The position numbers were made by a program, and so were the translations under genes. Below the pieces are notes generated by a model. It made no database searches and was not told where the DNA came from. It saw only the letters and a program-made list of their open reading frames with translations. From Promethearchaeati archaeon SRVP18_Atabeyarchaeia-1 (GTDB taxonomy: Archaea > Asgardarchaeota > Atabeyarchaeia > Atabeyarchaeales > Atabeyarchaeaceae), in contig CP147779.1 in assembly GCA_037308085.1 (NCBI GenBank), forward strand, positions 800,001-864,000: a stretch of DNA of 64,000 bases, read 5' to 3'. Below, piece after piece: positions 1-10,062 of this stretch (position 1 is the stretch's first letter; each line of letters begins with the position of its first letter).

Positions 1-101
1 CAGGCGGTATGCAAGTTGATGACGTTGAGATTGGACTGACACACAACATTAGTGGATTCGGTTCGCGAGCGACAGTCGGGATACTGAAGAGACTGTCATG
101 A
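1..101 (+). CDS. 3' end of an archaeal thiolase (acetyl-CoA acetyltransferase), partial
   Basis: Reads ...QVDDVEIGLTHNISGFGSRATVGILKRLS*, resembling the thiolase C-terminal GLTHNxGG motif; directly upstream of DUF35 and HMGR. Confidence 0.75.
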   Translation, partial: GGMQVDDVEIGLTHNISGFGSRATVGILKRLS

Positions 102-120
102 TAGGAGGCTTGCCCTCAGA

Positions 121-537
121 ATGAGCTCAGCAAAGATTTGGAGAGAAATAGCACAGCGTTACCGGCTCGAAGGGTCAAAGTGTGCGAAGTGTGGAACAGC
201 AGCGTTCCCCCCTAGATCTACGTGCCCGAAATGCGGGTCCACCGATATGAAAATGTACGCTTTGCCGAGGTCAGGCAAGGTTCTAACCTATAGCCTAATA
301 CATTCAATACCGAAAGGATTTGAAGCGAATGTTCCGTACCCGATTGCGCTCGTTGAACTCGATGACGGGACCAAGATAACATCTCAACTCACCGACTGCG
401 ACGGCTCAGAAATAGCCATTGGGATGCCTGTCGAAATGACGGTAAGGATAATCAGAGAGGATAGTCCATCGGACATCATAATCTACGGGTACAAGTTCAG
501 ACCCAAGATTATGAGGGAAGATAGAAAATCAGATTGA
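121..537 (+). CDS. DUF35 Zn-ribbon/OB-fold protein (thiolase/HMG-CoA synthase scaffold)
   Basis: CAKCG..CPKCG Zn ribbon plus OB fold (PYPIALVELDDG); follows thiolase. Confidence 0.9.
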   Translation: MSSAKIWREIAQRYRLEGSKCAKCGTAAFPPRSTCPKCGSTDMKMYALPRSGKVLTYSLIHSIPKGFEANVPYPIALVELDDGTKITSQLTDCDGSEIAIGMPVEMTVRIIREDSPSDIIIYGYKFRPKIMREDRKSD

Positions 538-573
538 AACCATTATGTTCCCAGTGGGAAAGGCGGAATCACT

Positions 574-1842
574 TTGAAAACTTCTCGAATAGCCAACTTC
601 TACAAGTTGAGCATAGGTGAGAGACTTGAAGCCGTTAAGGACTTTTCTGGTCTCACCGACCAGGAAGTTGAGACTCTGAAAGCTTGTGGCGGCCTCAAGC
701 TTGAAGACGTAGACCGAATGATTGAGAATGCTGTTGGTGGCTTTTCGATTCCAGTGGGAATCGCCGTTAATTTTCTGATTAACGATAAGGACTATCTTAT
801 TCCCATGGCGATTGAGGAACCCTCAGTGATCGCTGGTGTGTCCAACGCCGCGAGGATTGCAAGGGAGAGCGGAGGATTCCACACCAGTAGCACTGAACCG
901 ATCATGATCGGCCAAGTGCAACTTGTTGGCGTCCTCGATCCATTTAGGGCAAGAACCGAGATCTTGTCAAGGAAGGATGAGATCCTGAAAATCGCGAACG
1001 ACCAAGACCCTGTCCTGTTGGGTCTGGGCGGTGGCGCCAAGGAAGTGGAGGTAAAGGTCCTCGACTCTGGAATGGGGCAAATGGTCATAACCCATCTTCT
1101 CGTCGACACTAAAGATGCCATGGGCGCAAACGTCGTTAACACGATGGCTGAGGCCGTCGCCCCTAAGATAAGGGGGATAGCTGGTGGTGGAACCGTCTAC
1201 CTGAGAATTATCTCAAACCTTTCTACGCGTCGTCTTGCGAGGGCTTGGGCTGTATTTCCAAGTGAAGTTCTGGGCGGCGAAGACGTCGTCGACGGAATAC
1301 TCTATGCGCACGCTTTCGCTTCAGCTGATCCCTATCGTTGCGCAACCCACAACAAAGGCATCATGAATGGCGTTGCGGCAGTGACTCAAGCCACAGGAAA
1401 CGATACCAGGGCAATTGAGGCGGGCGCTCACGCATACGCAGCTTCCAAGGGCGGGTATGCGCCCTTGACTTCTTGGGAGAGAAATGAAAACGGGGACTTG
1501 GTGGGAAGCATCGAGATTCCCGTGGCTGTTGGAATCATAGGGGGTGCGACGAATCACCCTCAGGCCAAGGTGAATCTTAAGATACTTGGCGTCAAGAGCT
1601 CAAGGGAACTGGGAGAAGTTATGGCTGCAGTTGGGCTGGCCCAGAATCTAGCGGCATTAAGAGCATTGGCGACAGTTGGAATCCAAGCCGGCCACATGAA
1701 GCTTCATGCGAAGAACGTTGCAGTGATGGCGGGGGCGAAGGGTGAGTTGATCGATAAGGTTGCTGAGATTATTGTTAGGGAGAAGAAGATACGGGTCGAT
1801 AAGGCGCGTGAAGTGCTGGAGAATCTGGTCTCCAAGAAGTAG
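574..1842 (+). CDS. mvaA: HMG-CoA reductase, class II type
   Basis: ENAVG, EEPSV, DAMGAN, THNKGIMNG and GIQAGHMKLH motifs. Confidence 0.93.
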   Translation: MKTSRIANFYKLSIGERLEAVKDFSGLTDQEVETLKACGGLKLEDVDRMIENAVGGFSIPVGIAVNFLINDKDYLIPMAIEEPSVIAGVSNAARIARESGGFHTSSTEPIMIGQVQLVGVLDPFRARTEILSRKDEILKIANDQDPVLLGLGGGAKEVEVKVLDSGMGQMVITHLLVDTKDAMGANVVNTMAEAVAPKIRGIAGGGTVYLRIISNLSTRRLARAWAVFPSEVLGGEDVVDGILYAHAFASADPYRCATHNKGIMNGVAAVTQATGNDTRAIEAGAHAYAASKGGYAPLTSWERNENGDLVGSIEIPVAVGIIGGATNHPQAKVNLKILGVKSSRELGEVMAAVGLAQNLAALRALATVGIQAGHMKLHAKNVAVMAGAKGELIDKVAEIIVREKKIRVDKAREVLENLVSKK

Positions 1843-2026
1843 CTCTCCTGGCGTCTTTGCGTCTCTTCTTTTTGCGCACGGAAGGTGCACCTATTTTAGT
1901 CCGTCTTGGAGGATATGCTCTTTCCAGAGGCTTTCCACGCTACTAGGCTGGGCAGGCACCCGATCGTTAATTAAGTGGCTACAACTTAGTGTATTCTTGT
2001 GGTCCGGGTAAGGAAGTTGATCAGGA

Positions 2027-4333
2027 ATGGAGAAGGAGAAACTCGTAACCTCAGTTCTATCATCTCTTTCTAGCCAAATTAGAGTTGAAGTTCTGAAGCT
2101 TCTAAACCGCAAGGAGACTGCCTCATTCACAGAGATCATGCAGTCTCTGGGACTCAATATTCGAACTGAAGCTGGAAAGTTTGCGTACCACTTGCGCGAG
2201 CTAACCAACGCGGAGCTTGTGACCGGCTCTTCGTACAAGGGTTACTCTCTGACTCCTCTGGGTGAAAGGGTTGTCGATTTCATCTACGTTTTGGAAGAAA
2301 CAGCCTTGAAGCGCTCCCGAGAGATGTTCGTAAGAACATCTAGGTATTCCATTGAGAACTTCGATAGAAAGAAGATTGCAGAGTCGTTGATCCTCGAAGC
2401 TGGCGTCCCTGAGGAGACAGCGAAGAATATTGCCAAGGAAGTTGAAGAACGACTTCTGAAGATGAAGGTAAAGTACCTCACAGCCCCACTCATCAGAGAG
2501 TTTGTCAACGCGATCCTGATTGAGAAGGGAATGGAAGACTACAGGCACACCCTTACTCGACTCGGTCTTCCGGTCTATGATGTGACCGAGCTAATCGAGA
2601 AGAATCCCGGTCGATCTTACAGGAGTCCTGAGCAAATCCACTCGAAGTCTGGCGACGCTGTACTTGAACAATACATGTTACTCAAAGTTCTGCCAAGAAG
2701 AGTTAGCGATGCTCATCTCTCAGGATCTATACACATACCAAATGCGAACTACTGGGTGCTGAGACCAAACAGCATCCAGCACGATCTTCGCCTAGCCATT
2801 GGAGGGTTCAAGCCACAGTCGAGTGTTTTTCCCCCGCTCCTTAGTGGGAAGGTGAAGGATGCCGAGTCAGCTGTCTCAAGAGTATTGAATTTCACTCAAC
2901 TATTTCATCACTACATATCTGGAAATCAATCTCTAGATCACCTCAACACCATCTTGTCGCCATACTTCAATTTGCTGCGCCCTGAGGAAGTGAAGCGGCT
3001 CGCCAGGAGGCTAATTGACGGGCTAAGGGGCATTTCAGGATATGGGATAGATGCTGCGCACTCTGTTTCAATAATCCTAGAAATCAACACTCACAGGGCC
3101 TTGAAGGAATATCCCGCGATCGGCCCCTCTGACAAAGGCTCTTATCAGGAATACGAAGGCTCAGCTAGAACCCTTCTTTCGGCGATACTAGATATCTTGA
3201 TCGAAGGTGGGGAAGGCAATTTCCCCTACTTGTCGCCAAGTGTATTTGTCAGGGTATCCCCTGATTGTCTCTCTGAAGAGGAAATCCTGCTTAAGACCCA
3301 CAAACTGTCATCACTTTGGGGTGCACCATTCTATATAAACGAGAAGCCTGAATGGCAGACTGAAAATGTGAACTATGACAGTAATCTCTGCAGACTGGAT
3401 TCAAGCTGGATGCATGACTGGGAGCTTGGAACACTCAGAACCGGTAACCTCGATTCTGTATGCATTAATCTGCCGAGAATAGCCTATGAATCCAAAGGCG
3501 ACGACACTCTGCTTTTCGAGAAACTCAAGGAGACTCTGGAGACCTGCAAGATAGCCCTTGACACCAAAGCACAGGTGATGGAAAACAGGATGTTTAGGGA
3601 CAACGTCCTAGGAGCGCTGGCATATGCCTCAGATTCCGAGCAATACTATAGAGTCCAGAACTCAACCAAAGGAATCAGCTATCTAGGACTGCCGGAAGCC
3701 TCAAAATTCCACATAGGCGCATTGTCTGAGGAATATAAAGAAATCAACAAGTTCTCAGCGAAGATGCTCAAGCAAATCAGAAGCTATACGGATATGCTGG
3801 TCAAGAGCACGAGCCAGAGATGGGTCGTGACGCAGACTCCCTTCAGCTACTACTCATCGCGTTTAGCAAGACTCGATCTCGAGAGATTCGGTAAGGAAAC
3901 CGTTGGCTCAGATAACCCAGATGAGGTCTACTACTCGACCGACAACACATCGAAGAAGCCAAAGTCCCAGATTCAAGAGGTGTTGGAAACGGAAGGCGAA
4001 TTCCACCGGCTTCTGAATGGGGGTCACATTTTGACGATACCTCTACCGAATATTAACGTTTCAGCTGAGCGCATTCTAGAAGTGACAAAGGCAATAGCCA
4101 AAGACTCTGGGCTGGGTCTCTACGCGTTTGGTCGCCAATTGACTCACTGCCTCAGTTGCCAGACTAATCACATGGGTAGCCTTCAAAAATGCAGCACGTG
4201 TGGTGCCTCAGGTAGCCAGTTACTAAGCCTCGATAGTTCAAACGGACCGCAACGTCTCTTGGAGAACCTTGCACCAGTTTACAGAGAGAAGTCACCCCCC
4301 CAATGGACTCTAGATATTGGGCAAACAAACTGA
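2027..4333 (+). CDS. ArsR-type wHTH + ATP-cone + class III ribonucleotide reductase (NrdD)-like fusion, catalytically degenerate
   Basis: N-terminal wHTH (FAYHLRELTNAELV); ATP-cone (FDRKKIAESL..LTAPLIREFVN); NrdD-like body (RTGNLDSVCINLPRIA, LNGGHI, CxxC..CxxC). Confidence 0.8.
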   Translation: MEKEKLVTSVLSSLSSQIRVEVLKLLNRKETASFTEIMQSLGLNIRTEAGKFAYHLRELTNAELVTGSSYKGYSLTPLGERVVDFIYVLEETALKRSREMFVRTSRYSIENFDRKKIAESLILEAGVPEETAKNIAKEVEERLLKMKVKYLTAPLIREFVNAILIEKGMEDYRHTLTRLGLPVYDVTELIEKNPGRSYRSPEQIHSKSGDAVLEQYMLLKVLPRRVSDAHLSGSIHIPNANYWVLRPNSIQHDLRLAIGGFKPQSSVFPPLLSGKVKDAESAVSRVLNFTQLFHHYISGNQSLDHLNTILSPYFNLLRPEEVKRLARRLIDGLRGISGYGIDAAHSVSIILEINTHRALKEYPAIGPSDKGSYQEYEGSARTLLSAILDILIEGGEGNFPYLSPSVFVRVSPDCLSEEEILLKTHKLSSLWGAPFYINEKPEWQTENVNYDSNLCRLDSSWMHDWELGTLRTGNLDSVCINLPRIAYESKGDDTLLFEKLKETLETCKIALDTKAQVMENRMFRDNVLGALAYASDSEQYYRVQNSTKGISYLGLPEASKFHIGALSEEYKEINKFSAKMLKQIRSYTDMLVKSTSQRWVVTQTPFSYYSSRLARLDLERFGKETVGSDNPDEVYYSTDNTSKKPKSQIQEVLETEGEFHRLLNGGHILTIPLPNINVSAERILEVTKAIAKDSGLGLYAFGRQLTHCLSCQTNHMGSLQKCSTCGASGSQLLSLDSSNGPQRLLENLAPVYREKSPPQWTLDIGQTN

Positions 4334-4387
4334 ATTATCAAACATGGTCCTGTTTGCTCTTGAACGCAGTCAAACGAGCCTAGGATT

Positions 4388-5311
4388 TTATTCTATCGCG
4401 CCTAGGACAAGTCCCAGCAGGGCCATCCTTGTAACTACGCCGTAGAAAACCTGCTTGAAATATTTTGCGTGTGGCGTACTGTCGACTGATGCATCGATTT
4501 CATCGATCCGCGGCAACGGATGAAGTATGATCATGTTTCTCTTCGCGCTTGTGAGCAATTCAGTTGTGATTCTGTATGACCCCTTGACTTTCTCATACTC
4601 TGCCAGGTCTGGAAAGCGTTCCTTCTGTATTCTCGTAAGATATAGCACGTCTATGTCGGGTAGCACCTCATTAATATCAGTTTTCTCCACAAAATTCGTC
4701 CCCAACTTCCTAAGATCACTTGAAACCTCTTCCCTAATTCTTAGCGAAGGAGGGGAAACGAAAAACAGATTCACTTGGAACTTGGAGAGCAGGTAGGCCA
4801 ATGAATGCACAGTTCTGCCATACTTCAAGTCTCCCACTAATGCCACATTCAGCCCATTGACCTTCCCAAGTTCCCTCCAGATAGTATAGAGATCTAGGAA
4901 GGCTTGGGTAGGGTGCTCTTCACTTCCCGCCCCGGCGTTAATTACAGGAATACGGGCATAATCGGCAGCTAAACGGGAAGATCCTTCTAGTGGATGTCTA
5001 ATTACAAGCACATCAGCGTAGTTTTCAACCACTCTAACCGTGTCGGCCAGAGTTTCACCCTTAGATATTGACGACATGCCTGGCTCTGCGAATCCAATAA
5101 CACTCCCACCCAGTCTATGCATAGCCGTTTCAAAGCTAAGTCGCGTTCTCGTACTTGGCTCGAAGAATAACGTCGCGAGAACTTTGCCTTTCAGGAGCTC
5201 AGACCCCGCCCTTGCCAAGGGTTCCATCTTACTAGCAGTATTCAGCACGTCCTCAACTTCTTGTTTCGAGAAATCCGTAACCGACACGATATCCCTACCT
5301 TTGAACCCCAT
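4388..5311 (-). CDS. pyrB: aspartate carbamoyltransferase catalytic subunit
   Basis: FFEPSTRTR, HPTQ, HPLP motifs. Confidence 0.97.
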   Translation of the reverse strand: MGFKGRDIVSVTDFSKQEVEDVLNTASKMEPLARAGSELLKGKVLATLFFEPSTRTRLSFETAMHRLGGSVIGFAEPGMSSISKGETLADTVRVVENYADVLVIRHPLEGSSRLAADYARIPVINAGAGSEEHPTQAFLDLYTIWRELGKVNGLNVALVGDLKYGRTVHSLAYLLSKFQVNLFFVSPPSLRIREEVSSDLRKLGTNFVEKTDINEVLPDIDVLYLTRIQKERFPDLAEYEKVKGSYRITTELLTSAKRNMIILHPLPRIDEIDASVDSTPHAKYFKQVFYGVVTRMALLGLVLGAIE

Positions 5312-5474
5312 TTATACGACTCACCGCCTCTAGAAACATAGGCAACCATATTAACCGATACGAATTCATTAATATTGATGGAACACAACCATAATATAGC
5401 TTGTTCATTCTAAAAGCAGTAACCCCAAGAAAACGCAGCTTTGTGGCAAAGGTCAGTCAGAGAGTGAGTCTAGA

Positions 5475-5951
5475 ATGGAAAACACATTGAGAGCACGCAA
5501 GATCAAGGACGGAACCGTAATAGATCATCTAGACGCTAACACAGCATTTCACGTACTGAGACTCTTAGGCCTACTGGGTGAGACAAAGAATGTCTTGACA
5601 GTCCTGATAAACGTTGAAAGCCAGAAACTCGGTAGGAAGGATCTCATCAAGATAGAAAACAGAGAACTCAACCCTAGGGAAGCTGACCTGATAAGTGTGA
5701 TCTCCCCTAATGCCACTATCAACGTGGTAAGAAATTTCAGCGTGGTTGAGAAGAAAAAGGTTGGACTACCAAACATACTGAAAGGCGTGAAGTGTCCTAA
5801 CCCGACCTGCATCACTAATACTAATGAACCGGCGTCAGCTGAATTCACAGTCATGAAGAACCAGGACACGATATTTCGCTGCAAATACTGCAATAGGCAG
5901 TTTGACATGGCGACGATAAGGAAAGTCATACTTGAAAGGCAGTTCACCTGA
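5475..5951 (+). CDS. pyrI: aspartate carbamoyltransferase regulatory subunit
   Basis: IKDGTVIDH; CPNPTCIT..CKYC Zn site. Confidence 0.96.
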   Translation: MENTLRARKIKDGTVIDHLDANTAFHVLRLLGLLGETKNVLTVLINVESQKLGRKDLIKIENRELNPREADLISVISPNATINVVRNFSVVEKKKVGLPNILKGVKCPNPTCITNTNEPASAEFTVMKNQDTIFRCKYCNRQFDMATIRKVILERQFT

Positions 5952-6000
5952 GCATCTACATATTTCGAATGAATACCATCATAGAGGTGGCTTGCCGAAA

Positions 6001-6318
6001 ATGAAGATTGCCGCAATCGCAGACCCCGACACGATTATTGGGCTGAGGCTTGCAGGCGTCAGAGACTCGTACCCCGTAGAAAACGCCGAGCAAGCCGAGC
6101 AGGCGCTCCGCAAAATATCACAGGATCAGTCGATCGGGCTGGTCATCTTTGCAGAGAAGATTGCCGACAAGATAAGGCGGAGCATAACAGACTTCACTTC
6201 TCAGCGAACTGTGCCCGTCATAGTGGAGATACCTGACAAGCGGGGAGCGGAGCCAGACAGACGGGACCCACTTATGGATATGATAAGACGAGCAGTGGGC
6301 ATAGAGCTGAAATTCTAG
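6001..6318 (+). CDS. atpF: A/V-type ATP synthase subunit F
   Basis: MKIAAIADPDTIIGLRLAG...PVIVEIP...IRRAVGI; ATG at 6001 preferred over 5932. Confidence 0.9.
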   Translation: MKIAAIADPDTIIGLRLAGVRDSYPVENAEQAEQALRKISQDQSIGLVIFAEKIADKIRRSITDFTSQRTVPVIVEIPDKRGAEPDRRDPLMDMIRRAVGIELKF

Positions 6319-6359
6319 AACCTATTCTGTTCGAAAAAGGCTAGGACTGCAGAAAGTAC

Positions 6360-7091
6360 GTGGCGGAGTTGGCTTGTGAGGAGGAGCCTGACGCAATGAC
6401 TGATCCAGAGGCATTGAAAAGAGCGGCTGCAAAGGAGGCAGTGAAGAGCGTTGGTGACGGCGAAGTAATCGGAATCGGAAGCGGAACCACCATCAAACAC
6501 TTCATTGCGGAACTCGCTGGAAGAATCAAGAGAGAGACCCTAAGAATACTTGCGGTACCCACTTCCTACGACACGCTGATGCTGGCGTCAGATTGCGGCG
6601 TCAAACTTACCACCCTCGAAGAACACCCTAACCTCTCAAAATGCTTTGACGGAGCAGACAAGGTTGATAGAGATCTGAACATGATCAAAGGTGGCGGTGG
6701 TTGCCACACCCGCGAGAAAATAGTCGCCGTAGCTTCTGAAAAAGTATGCATACTCGTGGATAACAGCAAGGTAGTTGACAGAATAACTGGAGACAGTCCC
6801 ATTCCGGTCGAAGTCATACCATTCTCGTACAAGCTCGTCTCCCGAAAGCTCAGCGAGGTTGGAGGAACCCTGAAGCTCAGATATGCTGGATCATCAAAGA
6901 TGGGTCCAGTCATCGGGGATAACGGAGGCTTCATAGGTGATGTGGTGTTCCAGAAAAAGAATGAGCTGAGTTATCTAGATAACCTCCTGAACTCAACTCC
7001 AGGGATAATAGAGCATGGACTCTTCCTGAAGATCGCAGATCTGGTATATGTGGCGCATGAGAACCGAGTCGAGCTACTAAAAAGAAGATAG
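6360..7091 (+). CDS. rpiA: ribose-5-phosphate isomerase A
   Basis: GIGSGTT, DGAD, IKGGGG..REK; start may be 6396. Confidence 0.96.
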   Translation: MAELACEEEPDAMTDPEALKRAAAKEAVKSVGDGEVIGIGSGTTIKHFIAELAGRIKRETLRILAVPTSYDTLMLASDCGVKLTTLEEHPNLSKCFDGADKVDRDLNMIKGGGGCHTREKIVAVASEKVCILVDNSKVVDRITGDSPIPVEVIPFSYKLVSRKLSEVGGTLKLRYAGSSKMGPVIGDNGGFIGDVVFQKKNELSYLDNLLNSTPGIIEHGLFLKIADLVYVAHENRVELLKRR

Positions 7092-7155
7092 TACAGCACG
7101 TTGCTGTAGGAGAAACTCCTGTTCAGACCCGGAAACAACGCCTAGTGCCTGATAT

Positions 7156-7962
7156 TTATGCCTCTGCGCGACCAATGAGCCGCTTTAACCTATTCAGCTC
7201 GTCCATCATCTCTCTTCTAAGGTCCGCAACAGTAGGAGTAGACGTCGCGGCTTTAACGGCCGCAGAGAGAGGTTGCTGGACGGGGGCGACAGGAGTCGAA
7301 ATCCTCGGGGCTGCCGGAGCGGTCGCCTCTTCCCCAAATGCCTCCTCCATTCTCTTGGTTGGTATCTCGGGTAACCTGAACGCTGGTTCGGGTGCTCTGG
7401 CGGGCGCCTTGGTGACGGTAGGCGCTGATGGAACTGGCGCGGGTCTAGGCGCGACAGCGACCGACGGTTTGGCCGTGATTGCCCTCTTAGAAAGGTCCTT
7501 GAGTTTGTCCAAATAAGACTGTCTAACCTTTTCTATCTCGCCCTCGAGCTTAGTAATGCCCACCTTGGTTCTCTTCGAGAGTTCAGAGTCGATTTTCCTG
7601 AGTCGCTCACTATAGGTTGCCTTGTGCTTCTCAAAAGTCTCCTTTGTTATTGCCCCTTCCTTGACCGCTGCCTCAAGGGACTTCAACGCACTTTCAGTAG
7701 CAGTCTTCTCCACCTTCAGCCTCACAACATCTTCGTCGACCTTCTCTATTGGAGCTGCAGGTCTCTCAACTTTCACAGGACCTGGAGTCGGAGCAGCTCT
7801 GGAGGGCGCTCTCTTGCGCCTGGAAATCATGAAAAATGCTCCTACACAGACTACGGCTGCAACAACCACGACTATTATGATCAAAAGGGTGTCTGAGATG
7901 AACGGAAGCAGGTCGAGCGGGATCAACACGTACACCTCGAAATTCTGAACTGAACTCTGCAA
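7156..7962 (-). CDS. single-pass membrane protein with SHOCT-like/coiled-coil region, Pro/Ala-rich linker and C-terminal amphipathic helix
   Basis: Hydrophobic N-terminal helix followed by RRKR; LKSLEAAVKEGAITKETFEKHK; PA-rich stretch. Confidence 0.7.
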   Translation of the reverse strand: MQSSVQNFEVYVLIPLDLLPFISDTLLIIIVVVVAAVVCVGAFFMISRRKRAPSRAAPTPGPVKVERPAAPIEKVDEDVVRLKVEKTATESALKSLEAAVKEGAITKETFEKHKATYSERLRKIDSELSKRTKVGITKLEGEIEKVRQSYLDKLKDLSKRAITAKPSVAVAPRPAPVPSAPTVTKAPARAPEPAFRLPEIPTKRMEEAFGEEATAPAAPRISTPVAPVQQPLSAAVKAATSTPTVADLRREMMDELNRLKRLIGRAEA

Positions 7963-8088
7963 GGATATCCTTCAGTTTTCCAACTAACATATCAACCTCT
8001 TTGCCCCTAAAAAAGGTTGCGATCTGATTGCGATCTTGCTCAATTCCACTCCAAAAATGAAGTTGACGCCAAGTTGGTTAGAGCAATC

Positions 8089-8245
8089 TGGAGCCCCAGG
8101 TGGGATTTTCGGCTCCCATTCGAGGCAGCATTCGAACCCACGACCACCGCCTTATTGTACCCCGCGTGGGTTTACCAAGGCGGTGCTCTACCAGGCTTTG
8201 CCGACAAATCGGCGGTCAAGCCGGTTCATCTTGAGCTACTGGGGC
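8089..8245 (-). tRNA. tRNA-Thr(GGU) with three introns (about 35, 20 and 25 nt); CCA encoded
   Basis: Splicing yields GCCCCAG TA GCTC AGCCTGGTA GAGC A CCGCC TTGGTAA GGCGG TGGTC GTGGG TTCGAAT CCCAC CTGGGGC T CCA; strict bulge-helix-bulge (BHB) at the T-loop intron. Confidence 0.9.
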
Positions 8246-8518
8246 TCATCGAGTCTTCCCATTGTGGTACAATCTCTGATAAACTTGGCAATAAAAGACT
8301 TTCTCACTCCGACACAGCCGGAAGTTCCTGCAACGTGCGGGCATATCTCAATTGCTGAGTGGCAGATTGTTTCGCGATGCTGAGCAACATATAAAAGCAA
8401 TCGCGTGCATCGCAGACAAGAAGGTGTGCAGTCGTCGCTCTAAGGTTCAGGTGACCAGCGGAGATTACTTCTCCAGTCTTGTTGTGATTTGAGGGCGAGA
8501 TACTCAGGGGTTCTACTC

Positions 8519-9970
8519 ATGAAATACAAATGGGTTGTCCTCTCAAATACGACCCTGGGCGTACTCATGTCTTCAATCGACGGCAACATCGTACTGATCG
8601 CGTTACCAACGATTGCTGTGGAGCTTCCTGGAACGGATCTCTTTGTGCTCCTGTGGATCCTACTTGGCTACCAACTTGTGACAGCAGCCGTGCTCGTGAA
8701 TTTTGGGAGACTCGCTGACATGTTTGGAAGGGTCAAGTTGTACAATTTCGGATTCGCCCTGTTTACGGCGGGTTCGGCGCTTTGTGGATTCTCGCAGAGT
8801 GGACTTCAGCTGATACTTTTCAGAATAGTCCAGGCACTTGGTGGCGCCTTTCTCTTCGCGAACAGTGCCGCCATAATCACCGACGCTTTTCCTGAGAATG
8901 AGCGAGGAAAAGCACTGGGAATGAACCAAGTTGCCTTCGTCGCGGGATCGGTGGTAGGTCTTGTACTTGGAGGATTCCTAACCACTGGATTTGGGTGGAG
9001 ATCGATATTTCTGGTCAACATTCCCATTGGGGTTTTCGCCACAATCTGGTCCCACTATCGACTCCATGAACTAGCCACAATAAAGGATCGCCAGAGACTG
9101 GATATTGCGGGAAATGTGACGCTGGCGGCTGGTCTGGCAATTCTTCTTGTCACGATCACCCTAGGGGCGCTTGCAGTAATCAACCCGCCACAGTTCTATT
9201 TTCTCACATCGGTCGGGATCTTGATCATTACGGCATTCGTCTTGATTGAAAGAAGAGTCGAGGACCCAATGCTAGATCTCAGTCTTTTCAGGAATCGCCT
9301 TTTTACGGCTGGAAACATAGCTATCTTCCTAAATGCTCTTGCTCGAGGGGCTGTCTCTCTCGTTCTAATCTTCTACCTGCAGGGTCCGACTATGGGCCTT
9401 GATCCTCTGACAGCAGGCATATATCTTGTACCCGTTTCCGCTTTCCTGGCGCTCTTCGGACCGATAAGTGGATGGATCTCGGACAGACATGGAGCTAGAG
9501 TGCTGTCAACAGTTGGTCTCCTGATCTCCTCCATCGGGTTCTTGCTACTCACCCAGATTGGACCAACTATTACTTTTGGAGGGCTCTTCATTCCTCTGGC
9601 TCTTGTTGGAACTGGAATGGGGATATTCGCGTCGCCGAACAGGGCTTCGATTATGAACTCTGTTTCACCTGCGGCTAGAGGTCTGGCGTCCGGGACAAGT
9701 GCAACCTTGATCAACGTCGGGGCAACATTCAGTCTGGGCATATCATTCGCAGTCATGGCTTTTAGCACGCCAATCAGCGACCTTTCAGAGATATTTCTAG
9801 GAGCAAAGGGTCTGGGCAGCGCTCCTTGGATTGGCGATTTCATTGTATCGATTCATTCGGTGTACCTGCTTTCGACGATTTTCCTAATGGTCGCAATCAT
9901 ACCCTCTCTGATGCGGGGACCGCCGGTGATTAAGAATAATTCAAAAGCTCTCCTAGCATCGGAGCACTAA
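8519..9970 (+). CDS. MFS transporter, DHA2 (14-TMS) family
   Basis: GRLADMFGR motif A; WRSIFLVNIPIG; many TM helices. Confidence 0.92.
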   Translation: MKYKWVVLSNTTLGVLMSSIDGNIVLIALPTIAVELPGTDLFVLLWILLGYQLVTAAVLVNFGRLADMFGRVKLYNFGFALFTAGSALCGFSQSGLQLILFRIVQALGGAFLFANSAAIITDAFPENERGKALGMNQVAFVAGSVVGLVLGGFLTTGFGWRSIFLVNIPIGVFATIWSHYRLHELATIKDRQRLDIAGNVTLAAGLAILLVTITLGALAVINPPQFYFLTSVGILIITAFVLIERRVEDPMLDLSLFRNRLFTAGNIAIFLNALARGAVSLVLIFYLQGPTMGLDPLTAGIYLVPVSAFLALFGPISGWISDRHGARVLSTVGLLISSIGFLLLTQIGPTITFGGLFIPLALVGTGMGIFASPNRASIMNSVSPAARGLASGTSATLINVGATFSLGISFAVMAFSTPISDLSEIFLGAKGLGSAPWIGDFIVSIHSVYLLSTIFLMVAIIPSLMRGPPVIKNNSKALLASEH

Positions 9971-10062
9971 GCAGAGCATCTGGAAATTCGTGCTAAGATC
10001 CATTTTCCGCCATGATAAGTGGACTCGCTTGCACAATGAAAAAACATGCTACCCCATATGAG

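Noticed and set aside
8017-8383. ORFs 8017-8358 and 8036-8383
   Set aside because: They lie antisense to the intron-containing tRNA-Thr and show no protein features
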